This document shows positions 62,264 to 64,000 of a stretch of 64,000 nucleotides of DNA, piece after piece (position 1 is the stretch's first letter; every line of letters begins with the position of its first letter). The notes beneath the pieces are model-generated. The model was not told the origin of the DNA and did not search any database. It saw nothing but the letters and a program-made list of their open reading frames with translations. The DNA comes from a virus (taxonomy: Duplodnaviria > Caudoviricetes), in IMG/VR virus record IMGVR_UViG_3300049988_000286, positions 1 to 64,000 of that record; one strand, 5' to 3'. A program made the position numbers and the translations under genes.

Positions 62264-62728
62264 TTATTTAACGTCAGGCTTTCCTCTACCGCGAACTTTC
62301 TTGGGTTTCGTTCCGGTCGTTCCCATCTGCTTTTTTTGAGCACGCCGAGCTTCCGCCCTAGCACTTGCCTCTGATCCAGTTTTCTTCTTGTGGCACTCGT
62401 GGCAGAGAGTGGCCAAGTTATCCATCATCCAGAATTCAATTCGCCCCTCTGCCTCAATGAGGGGACGGATGTGATCCATGTCCCAGCCACGCTCACCGCA
62501 CTTGGTGCCACAGCCGATGCAGTGACCTCGATCACGCTTCCACACCGCCTTGCGGGTCTCTTGGGGCCAGTAGATCAGCTTGTAGGTCTCGATGCAGTCC
62601 TTATGCCAACCAGCGCGTAGGTTGATCCGCCCATCCTTCTTGTAGATGGGCTGCCCGCAGTATCGGCAGTCGCCCTTGGGCGCGGTGTCGTAGTAGATGG
62701 GCTTTGGCGGGGCGCGGTGTTTCTGCAT
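62264..62728 (-). CDS. HNH endonuclease (late)
   Basis: CRYCG, RDRGHCIGCG, WDMDHIRPL, NLATLCHECHKKKT; CTAAATA-N4-ATG. Confidence 0.88.
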   Translation of the reverse strand: MQKHRAPPKPIYYDTAPKGDCRYCGQPIYKKDGRINLRAGWHKDCIETYKLIYWPQETRKAVWKRDRGHCIGCGTKCGERGWDMDHIRPLIEAEGRIEFWMMDNLATLCHECHKKKTGSEASARAEARRAQKKQMGTTGTKPKKVRGRGKPDVK

Positions 62729-62735
62729 CGAATAT

Positions 62736-63161
62736 TTAGGCCAGCCACCGCGCAACGGCTTTAAGCGCCGTAAGCTTTTGCACGTCCGCATGAGTGTGGA
62801 CGAGCAACACCAAGCCGTTCTTTAGGTCGAGCGTGCGCATCTCGTCATCCCATTCCCGCTCCATGGCGGCAAAGGGGCTCGCGGGATCACGGATCAAGAA
62901 GACTTGCCAACCCGCGTATTCGGGATTGCCATGACGGGAGATGATTCCTTCCCAAGCCCCCATCGCAGCAAGTCTTTGTGCAGTCTCTGGATGGATAGCC
63001 GAGTTGGCCTCCCACAGCCACACCGTCTTTCCATCCGTGAGACCGCGCATTGATCCCGATTGTTTGATCAGGTTGGTGATGTGCGACAGCATGGGGTTCA
63101 GATATAGGCGATGCCCCGATACCATGATCTGTTTCGCTTCAATGATTTGCGTCCACCTCAT
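62736..63161 (-). CDS. late protein, MRWTQIIEAK N-terminus
   Basis: CTAAATA-N4-ATG. Confidence 0.65.
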   Translation of the reverse strand: MRWTQIIEAKQIMVSGHRLYLNPMLSHITNLIKQSGSMRGLTDGKTVWLWEANSAIHPETAQRLAAMGAWEGIISRHGNPEYAGWQVFLIRDPASPFAAMEREWDDEMRTLDLKNGLVLLVHTHADVQKLTALKAVARWLA

Positions 63162-63186
63162 CGCGTATTTAGGCGTAAATAGCCGC

Positions 63187-63585
63187 ATGGATCAAAGCAA
63201 AGCCGTGGCGGAGTGGACGCTTGACCTTTTTCCACTAGCGGACCAGCCGCGACTCTCCCTCGCCGATTGTCAGGCGCTCGTTGATCGTGCTTGGTGGTTC
63301 CATCGTGGAACACCCAATGGCCCGAAGGTCTGTCCGATCGAACTCCGTCATGCTCTCGCAGTCGGGGGTCGTATCCTTCTGCCCTCGTGGGCAATGGTAG
63401 CGTCGGTGGTCCTCCATGAGGTCGCGCATTGCCTCCTCATGACGGAAAACAATTTTGTCGCCCGTGAGAGCGGCCATGATCCGGCTTTCGTCTCGCTAGT
63501 GGCTGATCTATATCGTCAGCATCTCGGCACGGGCATGACGGTCATGCGCCTAGCCGCCGATCGTCATGGAGTACGCGGCCTGTGA
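63187..63585 (+). CDS. SprT/Rv0185-like zinc metallopeptidase
   Basis: VVLHEVAH...GHDPAF. Confidence 0.7.
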   Translation: MDQSKAVAEWTLDLFPLADQPRLSLADCQALVDRAWWFHRGTPNGPKVCPIELRHALAVGGRILLPSWAMVASVVLHEVAHCLLMTENNFVARESGHDPAFVSLVADLYRQHLGTGMTVMRLAADRHGVRGL

Positions 63586-63779
63586 TCCTAACGCTTCGAT
63601 GCCATGACGAAGATTGCCTTGTCGTCGGGCGTATCCCAATTTCGATTTGGCATTGTGACACATGGATTTGTCCCGAATGCTTCACCGAAACGCGGCTGTG
63701 GTCGAGAATAGTGCTAGGTGAGCCAACAGAGGTGAGCGCAAACATCGAGGGCCAATCCCCGGTCGATGAGGCGGCGTGA
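63582..63779 (+). CDS. small Cys-containing protein
   Basis: GTGA coupling; CHDEDC, CPEC. Confidence 0.45.
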   Translation: MILTLRCHDEDCLVVGRIPISIWHCDTWICPECFTETRLWSRIVLGEPTEVSANIEGQSPVDEAA

Positions 63780-63998
63780 GACCCACGGTGGTTTAGCCCA
63801 GAACAGGGTCGCATCCTTGGGTTTGATCGCCAAGCACCATTCTGTGAACAGGACTGCATTGTCGATTACCAGTTCATACTGGGCCGCGCCGGAAAAATCA
63901 TCGGTGAGCACTCGATCGGTCCGGAGCTTCTCCGGCACCCCACCCTCATAGACCTCATCGTTGATGATCACGGTGCGCGGCGGGAAGATACTCTTTCC
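63714..63998 (-). CDS. hypothetical protein, probably partial at window end
   Basis: Frame open to window edge. Confidence 0.45.
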   Translation of the reverse strand, partial: GKSIFPPRTVIINDEVYEGGVPEKLRTDRVLTDDFSGAAQYELVIDNAVLFTEWCLAIKPKDATLFWAKPPWVSRRLIDRGLALDVCAHLCWLT

Positions 63999-64000
63999 CC

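Noticed and set aside
1-64000. CRISPR array, diversity-generating retroelement, retron, IS element or integrase
   Set aside because: No regularly spaced repeats, reverse transcriptase, transposase or recombinase motifs were seen by eye.
1-64000. Stop-codon reassignment
   Set aside because: Well-recognised genes end at the expected length on TAG (RNA ligase, LOV kinase), TGA (serS, leuS) and TAA. There are no suppressor tRNAs and no systematically split genes.

Overview
A 64 kb segment of a large T4-like (jumbo) phage genome, read in the standard genetic code. An alphaproteobacterial host is inferred from a two-piece tmRNA, an HWE kinase and DUF2958/DUF4170 genes. The left end carries a few virion genes. 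The rest is a dense accessory region with six themes. (1) Translation and RNA repair: Rnl1-type RNA ligase, SerRS, a miniaturised LeuRS, about 16 tRNA or tRNA-like genes, a permuted tmRNA and two YrlA-like Y RNAs. (2) Two-component signalling: a LOV blue-light hybrid histidine kinase and a GAF-HWE kinase with a single-domain receiver. (3) Candidate anti-defence enzymes: an Acb1-like 2H phosphodiesterase and an HD (p)ppGpp-hydrolase-like protein. (4) Three homing-type endonucleases next to RNA genes, plus two more HNH genes. (5) About 20 paralogues of a small W-x-x-x-N...F-x-x-E-x-DA-x-x-F family, ten in one tandem array. (6) Late genes with TAAATA-N4-ATG leaderless starts and a shared MRxxIxLxE N-terminus. 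The two strongest unexplained signals are a 2.1 kb, apparently non-coding, heavily structured minus-strand locus (54990-57067) that appears to encode two large ncRNAs (about 0.5 and 1.5 kb), each with its own promoter, and a CarF/TMEM189-type desaturase gene whose central 173 bp is cleanly inverted. All family assignments come from motif recognition by eye; no searches were run.
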